Positions 19,151 through 28,652 of a stretch of 41,654 bases of DNA are shown here, one piece after another. Under the pieces are notes generated by a model, which searched no databases, was not told where the DNA came from, and was given only the letters and a program-made list of their open reading frames with translations. This DNA comes from Candidatus Caldarchaeales archaeon (GTDB lineage: Archaea > Thermoproteota > Nitrososphaeria_A > Caldarchaeales > Wolframiiraptoraceae). The position numbers and the translations under genes were made by a program. Positions within the stretch are counted from its first letter, which is position 1. Every line of letters begins with the position of its first letter. Where the stretch lies: positions 1 to 41,654 of the forward strand of contig JBCNVN010000010.1 of NCBI GenBank assembly GCA_039630055.1, written 5' to 3'.

Positions 19151-19640
19151 GTGAAAAGATTTAAGAGATGAGCTTGAGAAGTCTAAGACATTTGGTGAGA
19201 TATTTGAGCTTGTAAAGAAGGCTGTGAGGAGGACCACCGGGCTTCATAGAGCAGGTTTAGAGCTGGTCTTGATGAGCTTACCCAATAATGTTGGAGCACT
19301 ACATGAAATTGGAAGCAATATGATAATAATGAATGAGACCTTACTGGAGGCTGTACTTCAAATATCTAGAAGTAGGATTGAAGTGAACTCATACGTATTC
19401 GTTATACTTCTCCATGAATATCTCCATAGCTTAGGATATATAGATGAAGAAGAAGTAAGATTTATGGTTAAGAGAATAGTGTCAGAAGTCTTGGGAGAAG
19501 ATCATATAGCTTACCATCTAGCATCTACATCGATATATGAAGTCTATCCTCAATTACAGATGCTGGGACCAGGTAAGATCGGGAAGGATACCAAGATAGT
19601 TAAAGACTTTGATAGAGAGAGCACACAGTACATAGGTTGA
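19151..19640 (+). CDS. Archaeal hypothetical protein with HExxH zincin motif; 5' end apparently frameshifted (ORF track start 19224)
   Basis: LLHEYLHSLG motif. The frame is open upstream to 19155 (KDLRDELEKSKTFGEIFELVKKA) without a start codon; GTG at 19151 is one base out of frame. Confidence 0.65.
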
Positions 19641-19677
19641 AATTCTTTATCTCTTAACTTGAGATTTTTAAGATGGC

Positions 19678-20649
19678 TCAGAGATTAGACCTTAGATTTC
19701 TAGATGCTTTTATCTCAATATATTTTTCTGCTATTCTCAATGCTTTCTCAACCACTTTTAATGCATCTTCTCCAAATACATACGTGTTAGGCTCTAGACC
19801 ATATCCACCTCTATCAAAGACGACCTCTAGATAATTCATATCTCTAAATCTAGATGCTATAGCTTCTATAACTACATCCTCGGTCTGTCTTCCAACCGTA
19901 TCCGGTTTTTCCGTCTCAGAAAATCTTAACCCTAATAAGCTTACTGCAGATTCTAATATCTCATCAAGCTTTAAGTTTATTACAGAGTTTATACTCGGAG
20001 CATATCTTTTCACCGCGAGCAATACCTTTGCCAAGTGCTTAGATCCTCCAAATTCTGGTTTACTAACCGCTTTAGGTCTATCTTTTAATGCTACTATCCT
20101 TCCAGGTATACCTGCGACATCGTCTATGGTCTTAGCATCTCTAATCGACTCAACGATGTTCACGGCTACCTGAGGCATAACATTTACGAAGTATCTTGCT
20201 TCCTCAATAATCTTTATAGCTCGCTCCAGCCTATTCATTATCTCAGATCTTTCAGGATCTCCCACCACGATCTTCTTCGATATACAGATCTCGCATAAAG
20301 CCAGCTGTGGATACATCTTTCTATGATAATTGCAGAAGACACCTCTTGATAATGCATCTATCCAATAGGAGTTTAAGGTTAAGGTAGCTCTAACTTGGTC
20401 GAATGGAATATCTTTAACTATTAATTTGACCAGCAAGGTTAATTCATCTAGAGTAAGCCCCATGTCTAGTAGGGATTTGACATAGTTTTCCTTAGGCTTT
20501 GAAAGTATCTGGCTTACAGCAGACTGTGATAATCCTAGGAAAGAAGCTATCTTCAATTGGCTATAACCCATAGATTTAAGTTCATGGATAACCAATCCTC
20601 TAATAGAGGGTAGAAAAGTTTTCCCCATCATCTCGCAGGGAGGCATCAT
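19678..20649 (-). CDS. thiR: ThiR-type transcription regulator (HTH + ThiN thiamine-phosphate-synthase-like domain)
   Basis: N-terminal PPCE...SQLKIASFLGLSQSAVSQ HTH, CxxH/CxxC linker, and ThiN domain PQVAVN...DVAGIPGRI...PEFGGSKHLA...GGYGLEP. Confidence 0.8.
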   Translation of the reverse strand: MMPPCEMMGKTFLPSIRGLVIHELKSMGYSQLKIASFLGLSQSAVSQILSKPKENYVKSLLDMGLTLDELTLLVKLIVKDIPFDQVRATLTLNSYWIDALSRGVFCNYHRKMYPQLALCEICISKKIVVGDPERSEIMNRLERAIKIIEEARYFVNVMPQVAVNIVESIRDAKTIDDVAGIPGRIVALKDRPKAVSKPEFGGSKHLAKVLLAVKRYAPSINSVINLKLDEILESAVSLLGLRFSETEKPDTVGRQTEDVVIEAIASRFRDMNYLEVVFDRGGYGLEPNTYVFGEDALKVVEKALRIAEKYIEIKASRNLRSNL

Positions 20650-20905
20650 ATGTACTCTAGCCCACAGATAGATCGCTACACCACCTTTTATAATATATGT
20701 AGAGATATCGTAATTCTTGTAGATTATATTGAGGTAGCAGGATAATTGGAGGGATAATGTAGCTTAAAACAAGCATTCAACTTTTATTTAATTTTTCTTT
20801 ACATAGCCCTTCGATTAGATGATATTAGAAGAATTAACTTAAATTATGGGTTATCTTGTTATTATACGATTGAGTGAAGAAGACCTTGGGGAGGAGTCAG
20901 AGTGA

Positions 20906-21067
20906 TTGAAGCATAAGTTACCGAAAGATAGAAAATTCGGTAAGGGCGTTGTCAAGTGTAAAAGATGTGGAACCACTGTGGGAGTCATAAGGAAGTATAA
21001 GCTCTACATCTGTAGGAGATGCTTTAACGAGGTGGCTCCAAGCCTTGGCTTCAAAGTCTACAAGTAG
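20906..21067 (+). CDS. rps14: 30S ribosomal protein S14 (uS14, Zn-binding)
   Basis: Missed by ORF track (53 aa): MKHKLPKDRKFGKGVVKCKRCGTTVGVIRKYKLYICRRCFNEVAPSLGFKVYK; GGAGGAG upstream. Confidence 0.93.
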   Translation: MKHKLPKDRKFGKGVVKCKRCGTTVGVIRKYKLYICRRCFNEVAPSLGFKVYK

Positions 21068-21180
21068 ACCAGTATTTTAGGATTTAAGATACTAGAAGAA
21101 GTTTAAGAAAAATTCAACATAATATTTAAAACGTATAATTAATTAGATGGTGGCTTATTCTGCTAAGTTAGATTGAGGGT

Positions 21181-21567
21181 ATGAGTAGAGACTTGGTCTC
21201 AGGGCTCTTCACTACTTTACAGAATAATGAGATGGTTAGGAATAGGGAATGCATCTACTCAGCAAGTAAACTCATCGCCAACATTCTTAGAGTGCTCCAG
21301 AGACATGGATATATAGGTGCTTTCGAATATATTGAAGATGGCAGAGGTGGAAAATTTAAGATTCAGTTGTTGGGTAGAATTAATCGTTCGGCTCCTATTA
21401 GACCTAGATATAGTATCAGAAAAAATGAGTATGATGAGTGGGAGAAAAGATATCTACCAAGCAGGGATGTTGGAATCCTTATAGTTTCAACGAATAAGGG
21501 AATCTTATCCCACCGTGAAGCAAAGAAGATGAATATTGGAGGGAAGCTTATTGGATATGTATACTAG
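21181..21567 (+). CDS. rps8: 30S ribosomal protein S8 (uS8)
   Basis: GYIGAFEYIEDGRGG...LLGRIN...IVSTNKG...GGKLIGYVY. Confidence 0.95.
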   Translation: MSRDLVSGLFTTLQNNEMVRNRECIYSASKLIANILRVLQRHGYIGAFEYIEDGRGGKFKIQLLGRINRSAPIRPRYSIRKNEYDEWEKRYLPSRDVGILIVSTNKGILSHREAKKMNIGGKLIGYVY

Positions 21568-21579
21568 GAGGTATAGAGT

Positions 21580-22125
21580 ATGCCGCTGATGGTGGAAGAG
21601 CTGGTGGTTCCAGAAGGGGTTCAGGTCGAGGTCACGCCCCCGGCGATAGTCAAGGTTAGGGGAAGGCTTGGAGAACTGGTAAACGATCTCTCACATACTA
21701 GGACTAAGATAGAGTTAGAGGGAGAGAAGATCAAGATTAGATTTCTGGGGAAGGGTAGAAGGGCGAAATCTATGCTCGGCACGATAACCTCGACATTAAA
21801 GAACATGTTTACAGGCGTAACTCAAGGATATACATATAAATTGAAGATAGTCTCAACCCATTTTCCTATAAATGTCAAAGTTCAAGGGGATACTGTAATC
21901 ATAGAGAACTTCATTGGTGAAAGGTATACTAGAAGGGCAAAGATAGTAGGTCAGGGGACGAGGGTAAAGATACAGGGGGAGGACATAATAGTGACGGGAA
22001 TAGATAAGCAAGCCGTGGGACAGACAGCTGCGAATATCGAGAAAGCAACAAAGATCACTAGAAAAGACTTAAGAAAGTTTCTAGATGGGATCTATCTATC
22101 TGAGAAGAGTGTGGGTATGGGTTGA
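21580..22125 (+). CDS. rpl6: 50S ribosomal protein L6 (uL6)
   Basis: NMFTGVTQGY, HFPINV, NFIGER, VGQTAANIE and DLRKFLDGIY. Confidence 0.95.
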   Translation: MPLMVEELVVPEGVQVEVTPPAIVKVRGRLGELVNDLSHTRTKIELEGEKIKIRFLGKGRRAKSMLGTITSTLKNMFTGVTQGYTYKLKIVSTHFPINVKVQGDTVIIENFIGERYTRRAKIVGQGTRVKIQGEDIIVTGIDKQAVGQTAANIEKATKITRKDLRKFLDGIYLSEKSVGMG

Positions 22126-22598
22126 GCCCAGTTACGATCCCTAAGAAGATTAGAGAGATGAAGAATAAGCGTCCAGATTTTGCTCGGCAGGAGAGCTGGA
22201 GATATGTTAGGCTGAAGGCTTCTTGGAGAAGACCTAGAGGGAAAGATAGTAAGATGAGGCTTCAAAAGAGCGGTGCTCCACAACTCGTAAAGATAGGCTA
22301 TAGAACTCCTAAAGCTTATAGAGGTCTCCATCCCAGCGGATTCAAAGAAGTAGTCGTCCACAGAGTTGAAGATTTAGAAGATCTTAATCCTGAACTACAT
22401 GCTGTGAGGATCTCTGGATCCGTTGGTAGAATGAAGAGATTGAAAATTATGGAGGAAGCTGAGAAGAAAGGGCTGAAAATACTTAATCCTATAGCTATAC
22501 CGACCCCAGAAGCTGAAAAACCGGAGATAGTTCAACCAGAAGAATCGAGAGAGGAGAAGGTAGAAGAGGCTGGAGAGGAGGGTAAAGATGCCGGATAA
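22122..22598 (+). CDS. rpl32e: 50S ribosomal protein L32e with acidic C-terminal extension
   Basis: FARQESWRY...WRRPRGKDSK...GLHPSG. Confidence 0.95.
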   Translation: MSPVTIPKKIREMKNKRPDFARQESWRYVRLKASWRRPRGKDSKMRLQKSGAPQLVKIGYRTPKAYRGLHPSGFKEVVVHRVEDLEDLNPELHAVRISGSVGRMKRLKIMEEAEKKGLKILNPIAIPTPEAEKPEIVQPEESREEKVEEAGEEGKDAG

Positions 22599-23037
22599 AC
22601 TAGATCTTCAGAAAAGGCTTGCAGCCGATTTGATGAAGTGTGGTGTGAGTAGGGTTAGATTCGATGAGGATAGATTGGATGAGGTGGTCGAAGCGATTAC
22701 GAGAGAAGATGTAAGGAGACTGATCAAAGACGGTGTAATCTTCAAAGTTCATGAAAAAGGTGTAAGTAGAGGTAGAGCTAGAGAGAGGAAAGAGAAGGAT
22801 AGAGGTAGAGGAAGTAGGAAGGGGAAGAAGTATAGTATAGTAACAAGGAAAGAGAGATGGATGTTGAAGATTAGAGCTCAGAGGAGGAAGCTGAAAGAAT
22901 TGAGAGATAGAAAGATCATTGAACATTCAACTTATAGGAGTATATATGGGATGGTTAAAGCAGGAGCATTCAAATCGGTTAGAGACATGATAACATATTT
23001 AGAGGCAAATAAGCTTGTGAGGAGACCGATCATATGA
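22588..23037 (+). CDS. rpl19e: 50S ribosomal protein L19e
   Basis: QKRLAA...AITREDVRRLIKDG...GRGSRKG...WMLKIRAQR. Confidence 0.95.
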   Translation: MPDKLDLQKRLAADLMKCGVSRVRFDEDRLDEVVEAITREDVRRLIKDGVIFKVHEKGVSRGRARERKEKDRGRGSRKGKKYSIVTRKERWMLKIRAQRRKLKELRDRKIIEHSTYRSIYGMVKAGAFKSVRDMITYLEANKLVRRPII

Positions 23038-23621
23038 GCCGGCTGAAGACTCTGAAGAGGAGGCCTCCAACTAGGAGGAGGAAGGGGCTTACAGATTATA
23101 GAGCTAGATTGAAGTTGGTCAAGTCTGGTCAGTTGAGACTAGTAGTTAGAAAGAGTAATAGATACATACTGGTCCAGATAGTTAAGTCAAAAAAAGGTGG
23201 AGATGAGACTCTACTAACCATTAACTCTAAAAGTCTGTTAAAATATGGGTGGAGGGCCAGTACCAAGAATCTTCCAGCAGCCTACTTGACAGGTTTATTA
23301 GCTGGGCTAATAGCTAAAAAGAAAGGAGTCGGTAGAGCCATATTGGATATTGGGGTATACACTCCTGTAGATGGTTCAAGGATCTTCGCGGTTGCTAAAG
23401 GTGTGAGAGATGCTGGAGTAGAGGTTCCAATAAGTGAAGAGAAATTACCTGGAGAAGAGAGGATAAGTGGGTCACATATTGAAGGATACTACTCGATGAT
23501 TAAAGATGGAGATGTTAAGACATCCCAATTCTCTAAATCTCTAGAAGAGGTTTATAGAAGGCTCACCGAACATTTTAAAGAGGTTAAAGAAAAGATACTT
23601 GAAGAGGTAGATAGATTATGA
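23034..23621 (+). CDS. rpl18: 50S ribosomal protein L18 (uL18)
   Basis: RRRKGLTDYRARL, RLVVRKSN, NLPAAYLTG and ILDIG. Confidence 0.95.
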   Translation: MSRLKTLKRRPPTRRRKGLTDYRARLKLVKSGQLRLVVRKSNRYILVQIVKSKKGGDETLLTINSKSLLKYGWRASTKNLPAAYLTGLLAGLIAKKKGVGRAILDIGVYTPVDGSRIFAVAKGVRDAGVEVPISEEKLPGEERISGSHIEGYYSMIKDGDVKTSQFSKSLEEVYRRLTEHFKEVKEKILEEVDRL

Positions 23622-24241
23622 GCGGTTCTAGTGAATGGATTCCTAGAACGAGGATCGGTAGGATGGTTGCCCAAGGACAGATAACCTCTATAGATGAGAT
23701 CTTCGCAAATCACTGGAAGATTACCGAGCCTGAGATAGTAGATGCTCTATTACCGGGACTGGAGCAGGAGGTTATCGATATAAAGCTAGTCCAAAAACAG
23801 ACTGATGCTGGAGAAAGAAGCAGGTTTAAGGCAATAGTCGTCGTAGGTAATAGAGATGGATATGTAGGTTTAGGTAGTGGAAAATCGGTACATGTAGTTT
23901 CAGCAATCGAGAAAGCTATCAGAAGTGCAAAGATGAGGTTGATCCCGATAATCAGAGGATGTGGAAGCTGGGAATGTTCATGTGGTACTGAACACAGCCT
24001 ACCGACTAAAGTTGAAGGAAAATGGGGTAGCGTGACTATACAACTCCTACCAGGTCCACGAGGGCTCGGTATAGTAGCTGGAGAGAATGCACGGATAGTT
24101 TTAGAGTTGGCGGGTGTGAAGGATGTCTGGACAAGAACTTTTGGAGAGACTAGAACTACTCTATCCTTTGCAGGGGCAACATATGCAGCATTAAAGAATA
24201 CGAACAAGATAGTTCTACCGACCTTGTGGAGAGAGATATAG
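23618..24241 (+). CDS. rps5: 30S ribosomal protein S5 (uS5)
   Basis: WIPRTRIG, QKQTDAGE, RGCGSWEC and PRGLG. Confidence 0.96.
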   Translation: MSGSSEWIPRTRIGRMVAQGQITSIDEIFANHWKITEPEIVDALLPGLEQEVIDIKLVQKQTDAGERSRFKAIVVVGNRDGYVGLGSGKSVHVVSAIEKAIRSAKMRLIPIIRGCGSWECSCGTEHSLPTKVEGKWGSVTIQLLPGPRGLGIVAGENARIVLELAGVKDVWTRTFGETRTTLSFAGATYAALKNTNKIVLPTLWREI

Positions 24242-24359
24242 ATTCATATAAACTTTAATGCTGATTTTAAGATGATGGATGTAATGAGAGATATAGGATC
24301 TTAGAGCAGTTGTAGAATGCTTTTCTAAGCCTTATCTAGATCTAGGGTAGGGCACTGGA

Positions 24360-24373
24360 GAAATTTATTAAAG
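24360..24373 (+). promoter_or_regulatory. BRE/TATA promoter for rpl30
   Basis: GAAATTTATTAAAG about 28 nt upstream of the ATG at 24400. Confidence 0.55.
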
Positions 24374-24399
24374 AGTTTTTAAGGTAGATTTGGAGAGGT

Positions 24400-24894
24400 A
24401 TGACTGAGTCTATGGAGAGCAAGGCTGGATGCTATCTAGTGATTAGGATAAGGGGAGGTGTAAAAGCTAGTAGAGAAGTTCTAGAAACTCTTAAGATGCT
24501 CAATCTACCAAGAGCTAACTATGCTGTATTTGTCTCGAAGAATCCAGGTTTCGAGGGAATGTTGAAGAAGGTCTCACACTATATTACATGGGGTGAGCCT
24601 AGCTATCTTACCGTAAAGAGACTTCTGAGAAGGGCTGAATTCAACGGCAGGATAAGATTGAGTAATGAAAACATTGGAAAACTTGGATATTCAAGCATAG
24701 ATGAACTAGCTGAAAAGATATTTAGAGGTGAGATAACTCTTAGCATGTTGAGGGATCGAGGGCTGAAACCCTATTTAAGACTACATCCACCTAGAAAAGG
24801 GTTCAGGAAAACCATCAAGAAATCTTATCAAGAAGGTGGAGAGCATGGTTATAGGGGAGAGACGGTAAACGAACTGGCGATAAGAATGTCCTAG
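24400..24894 (+). CDS. rpl30: 50S ribosomal protein L30 (uL30, archaeal long form)
   Basis: VIRIRG, TLKMLNL, YITWGE, RLHPPRKG and GYRGE. Confidence 0.95.
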   Translation: MTESMESKAGCYLVIRIRGGVKASREVLETLKMLNLPRANYAVFVSKNPGFEGMLKKVSHYITWGEPSYLTVKRLLRRAEFNGRIRLSNENIGKLGYSSIDELAEKIFRGEITLSMLRDRGLKPYLRLHPPRKGFRKTIKKSYQEGGEHGYRGETVNELAIRMS

Positions 24895-25206
24895 AGTATG
24901 GGAATAAGATCATAGAGAATAATCTAGACAATTTTAAAATCTGTAAAGCTTTAAATGGAATATAGTAAGATAACTGGTTGATATGCATAAACACTAGAAG
25001 ACTAGTAGATTCATAAGAGTATAACCTATTATATGATGGGTGAGTCAAGCTGATCCTAACTGGATAAATGTTCCTAATTCTAGGATGTTGACGACCTCCA
25101 CTACCTCGAGTTTTCTCCGAGAACTCAGCTCTCAAAACCTCTACTTATAGTAATATCTCGAAACATTGTTGTAACCGATGATATGAGACCTTAATTAGAA
25201 GGTATA

Positions 25207-25221
25207 GAGAAAATTTATAAG
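25207..25221 (+). promoter_or_regulatory. BRE/TATA promoter-like element upstream of rpl15
   Basis: GAGAAAATTTATAAG purine-rich BRE plus TTTATAA box, about 190 nt before the rpl15 start. Confidence 0.45.
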
Positions 25222-25413
25222 AGGAGCCGAGTGGAGAGATTAGAGAAGAATCATCAGAGAGGGTTTAGATAAGGCTTTAAGAGAGAATCGATTAGGAACA
25301 TGATCTATCTTCGCCCAAAATGATCATCGAAAACTATATTACATGGTCTAGAATGTTACGGTATAGAGCATCTAGCTTATTAATCCCTGAGATGTCTAGA
25401 ATGGTGAGACTGG

Positions 25414-25860
25414 TTGCCGACCCGGTTCAGGAAGATTAGAAAGAGGAGAGGTAGCAGGACTCACGGATGGGGTCAGATAGGTCAGCATAGGAAGACAGGT
25501 GCAAAAGGTGGACGTGGAGAATCTGGAAAGCATAAGCATAAGTGGACATGGGTCTTAAGATATGATAGAGAATACTTTGGAAAACATGGATTCTTTAGAC
25601 CGAACAAGAAAGAGACCAATTCCATGAACCTAATCCAACTAAGCACTCTAATAGATAAGATGGAGGCTAGAAATGAGGTAAAGAAGAAAGATGATAAGAT
25701 AATAGTAGATCTTAAATCGATTGGTATAGAGAAGGTAACGGGTGGAGGAAGAGTCAGTAGACCACTTATTGTTATAGTTGAGAGATGGACAGAGAAGGCT
25801 GAAGAGAAGATTAAAGAAGCTGGCGGAGAGATTGTTAAACCAGGAGAATTGGAGGAATAG
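25414..25860 (+). CDS. rpl15: 50S ribosomal protein L15 (uL15)
   Basis: RGSRTHGWG..GQHR, GGRG, FGKHGF and EKIKEAGG. Confidence 0.95.
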   Translation: MPTRFRKIRKRRGSRTHGWGQIGQHRKTGAKGGRGESGKHKHKWTWVLRYDREYFGKHGFFRPNKKETNSMNLIQLSTLIDKMEARNEVKKKDDKIIVDLKSIGIEKVTGGGRVSRPLIVIVERWTEKAEEKIKEAGGEIVKPGELEE

Positions 25861-25864
25861 AGTA

Positions 25865-27298
25865 TTGGCATCAGCTAGAGAGATAGTTAAAGGAATTGGT
25901 AGATACTTCCCAGAGGTAATGAAGCCTGGGAGAAAACTTAGTCTAGGTGAGAGATTTGTCTGGACAGGTCTCGTACTAGTCATATATGTTTTAATGAGTC
26001 ATACATTTCTCTATGGTGTTCCTCAAGCTGCAAAACTCTCTCAGCAGAACCCGATCATATTGAATATTATCTTTGCACAGCGTATAGGGACTCTAACAAC
26101 CCTCGGTATAGGGCCGATAGTTACATCAGGACTTATACTCCAGCTACTTGTCGGAGCTCAGATTATAAAACTAGACCTATCGAAATCAGAGGATAGAGCT
26201 GTATTTACCGCTGCAAGCAAGATCTTTGCAGTCGTAATAACAGTATTCGAGGCCGCCGTATTTACTTTCTCTGGATGGCTTGGACAGATGGAACAGCAGA
26301 CTCAAATTCTCGTCTTCGTACAGCTTGTAGCCGCCACTACGCTGATAATCTTGATGGATGAGCTCGTCCAGAAGGGATGGGGTCTAGGAAGTGGCGTAAG
26401 CTTATTCATAGCCGTAGGAGTGGCTGAGACAATAATCGTAAACCTCTTCTCTCCTATAATACTTCCAGATGGATACTATCAAGGAATAATCTTAGCATTA
26501 ATCCAGGCTCTTGTATCTGGGATGCCGATAGCTCCGCTAATTGTTAGAGGCCAGTTTCCAGATATTCTCGGACTGGTTAGTACATCCCTACTACTCCTCG
26601 CCATAATATATCTTGAAGCTATTAGAGTAGAGGTACCTATCCAATATGCGAGGTACTCTGGATTCGCTGCAAAGTATCCTATAAAGTTCCTATATGTTTC
26701 AAACATACCTGTAATCTTTGCTTCAACAGTATTTACGAACATTTACTATCTATCAAGTATCCTATGGAGCAGATTTAACATGGACAATAGTAATGTCTTC
26801 TTGAATATTATCGGAATGTTTAACCAGACGAGCTACATGGTGGATAGAGCTTTCACACCGATAGGTGGATTGGCATACTATGTTACAGCACCATACAATA
26901 TAACCGGAGTCTTACAAGACCCAGTAAAATCCACAGTATATGCACTGATAATGATAGGGTTCTGCCTACTCTTTGCAAAGTTCTGGGTAGATATAGGAGG
27001 ACTATCTCCTGAGAGGGTTGCCGAGCAATTGGTTAAAGCAGGGATGCAGGTTCCAGGGTTTAGACGCGCACCTTCAACTATCGCGAGAATAATCAAGAAG
27101 TATATCTCGATCGTTACTATCCTAGGAGCATTGGTCGTAGCATTAGTGGCCACTCTAGGCGATTATTTCAATGTTTACGGTGGAGGTATAGGGATACTGC
27201 TATTGACAGGGATACTCTACCAGTACTATCAGATACTAGTAAGAGAGAGGTTGACAGAGATGTACCCTGCGATAGGAAGACTATTGGGAGAAGAGTAA
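25865..27298 (+). CDS. secY: Preprotein translocase SecY (start revised to TTG at 25865)
   Basis: LGIGPIVTSG, DELVQKGWGLGSGVSLFI, YPIKFLYVSNIP and QVPGFR; GGAGG at 25851. The ORF-track extension overlaps rpl15. Confidence 0.96.
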   Translation: MASAREIVKGIGRYFPEVMKPGRKLSLGERFVWTGLVLVIYVLMSHTFLYGVPQAAKLSQQNPIILNIIFAQRIGTLTTLGIGPIVTSGLILQLLVGAQIIKLDLSKSEDRAVFTAASKIFAVVITVFEAAVFTFSGWLGQMEQQTQILVFVQLVAATTLIILMDELVQKGWGLGSGVSLFIAVGVAETIIVNLFSPIILPDGYYQGIILALIQALVSGMPIAPLIVRGQFPDILGLVSTSLLLLAIIYLEAIRVEVPIQYARYSGFAAKYPIKFLYVSNIPVIFASTVFTNIYYLSSILWSRFNMDNSNVFLNIIGMFNQTSYMVDRAFTPIGGLAYYVTAPYNITGVLQDPVKSTVYALIMIGFCLLFAKFWVDIGGLSPERVAEQLVKAGMQVPGFRRAPSTIARIIKKYISIVTILGALVVALVATLGDYFNVYGGGIGILLLTGILYQYYQILVRERLTEMYPAIGRLLGEE

Positions 27299-27404
27299 TA
27301 ACTATATCCTCATAATTTTCTGATTTTTGAGAAGAGCCATGGTGAGAAAGATTATTGAGATGTTGTTTATAAGGTGGTTGATCATCTGATCCAGTGGTCT
27401 AGTT

Positions 27405-27893
27405 ATGAGTTCTTTACTCGAAGTTTTAGGATTAGCTGTTCTAGTAAGCTTAGCTACAAATCTCATTAGGAGGAAGATTATTTCTAAGGAAGATTCACTT
27501 AAGATGGCTGAATCTCAGCTCTACAAGAAGAGTCTACTTGAGGCCAGGAGGAAAGGTGATGAGAAGCTTATACAGAAGTTGATGAAGAAGAAGGAATACT
27601 ATCAGAAGATAGATGCTCAGATAGCCAAGAAAAATATCATCATGTTACTTATTACTCTAGCTATATTTTATGTATCATATATCTTTATAACACAAATTTA
27701 TGGAGACGGTATAATCGCGAGTCTTCCAGGAGATCTAATAATCCCATTAATATCATCTGGAAATAATCTAACGGTTACAGGATGGTATATCATCTCTCTA
27801 TTAGCATCTGGTCTACCTATCTCGAAGATACTTGGTGTGGGAGGCTTGCCCGAGATATCAAAAGAAGCTGGAAAGAAGGATGGGAAACAGTAA
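27405..27893 (+). CDS. DUF106 / EMC3-TMCO1 (Oxa1/YidC superfamily) membrane insertase-like protein
   Basis: TM-coiled coil-TM-TM layout, GWYIISL near the C-terminus, and the expected position after secY. Confidence 0.78.
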   Translation: MSSLLEVLGLAVLVSLATNLIRRKIISKEDSLKMAESQLYKKSLLEARRKGDEKLIQKLMKKKEYYQKIDAQIAKKNIIMLLITLAIFYVSYIFITQIYGDGIIASLPGDLIIPLISSGNNLTVTGWYIISLLASGLPISKILGVGGLPEISKEAGKKDGKQ

Positions 27894-27994
27894 TGATCCT
27901 CCCATTCCATCAGGGACCCTATCTAGCTGGATAGTATAAATCTCCTATTGTCTTCTTATACTCTATTATCTCCGATTTAGTTATGTCTTCTATC

Positions 27995-28065
27995 TATTTT
28001 GAGGAAGCTACATATAAACTATCTTATAATGTTAGACCTCTTCCCATTGATATCCCATGTTTTTC
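27995..28065 (-). pseudogene. Probable decayed PIN-domain (VapC-like) fragment
   Basis: Minus strand reads (KTWDI, shifted frame) SMGRGLTL*DSLYVASSK*, resembling the PIN GLTxYDAxYVAxA motif with Tyr to TAA. Confidence 0.4.
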
Positions 28066-28382
28066 AGAAGGCTGAGAAGTCTTAAGACATGATCTTTATG
28101 ATCCATCCAATATATTCATCTCTAATTCTAAATTCAGAATCAGTATTACTTTATTAAATATCCTCTTATACTAGCCGTTAAAGTTTGTTTTCTACAAATC
28201 TATCATGTCGATTCCAAGTTTCCTAAGAAATAAAACCAGTGGTATAATAGAAAATATTTTAAAGAATCTTAAAAGATTCAAGCTAGAACGGATATAGGGC
28301 GTGTATCATGAGGGTATCCTGCAGATTTGTAGGTTTAAGATTATCTTAAAAAGGTGGTGGAGCCTAAACTAATATCAAGTGT

Positions 28383-28652
28383 ATGAGACGTAGTCTAAGA
28401 ACGAGGGCTAGAAAGAAGAAATATGTCAGGACTCCTGGAGGCAGGGTTAGAGTGATTATTAGAGATGAGAAGAGAGGTTTCCACCACTGTGCTAGATGTG
28501 GCGCCATAATACATGGTATTCCCAGAGTGAAGGATTATAAGTTATCATACAGTGAGAGAACTGTAGAAAGATATTATGGAGGAGTGCTTTGCCAGAATTG
28601 TTTAGAGCAGTTGATTAGAGACCGGGTATATCTTGAATGGGTCAAGCATTAA
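28383..28652 (+). CDS. rpl34e: 50S ribosomal protein L34e
   Basis: VRTPGG, CARCG and RYYGGVLCQNC. Confidence 0.93.
   Translation: MRRSLRTRARKKKYVRTPGGRVRVIIRDEKRGFHHCARCGAIIHGIPRVKDYKLSYSERTVERYYGGVLCQNCLEQLIRDRVYLEWVKH

Noticed and set aside
25778-25864. N-terminal extensions of SecY (and of OppD at 34340-34495) in the ORF track
   Set aside because: They overlap the upstream genes in another frame; better-supported starts lie downstream.
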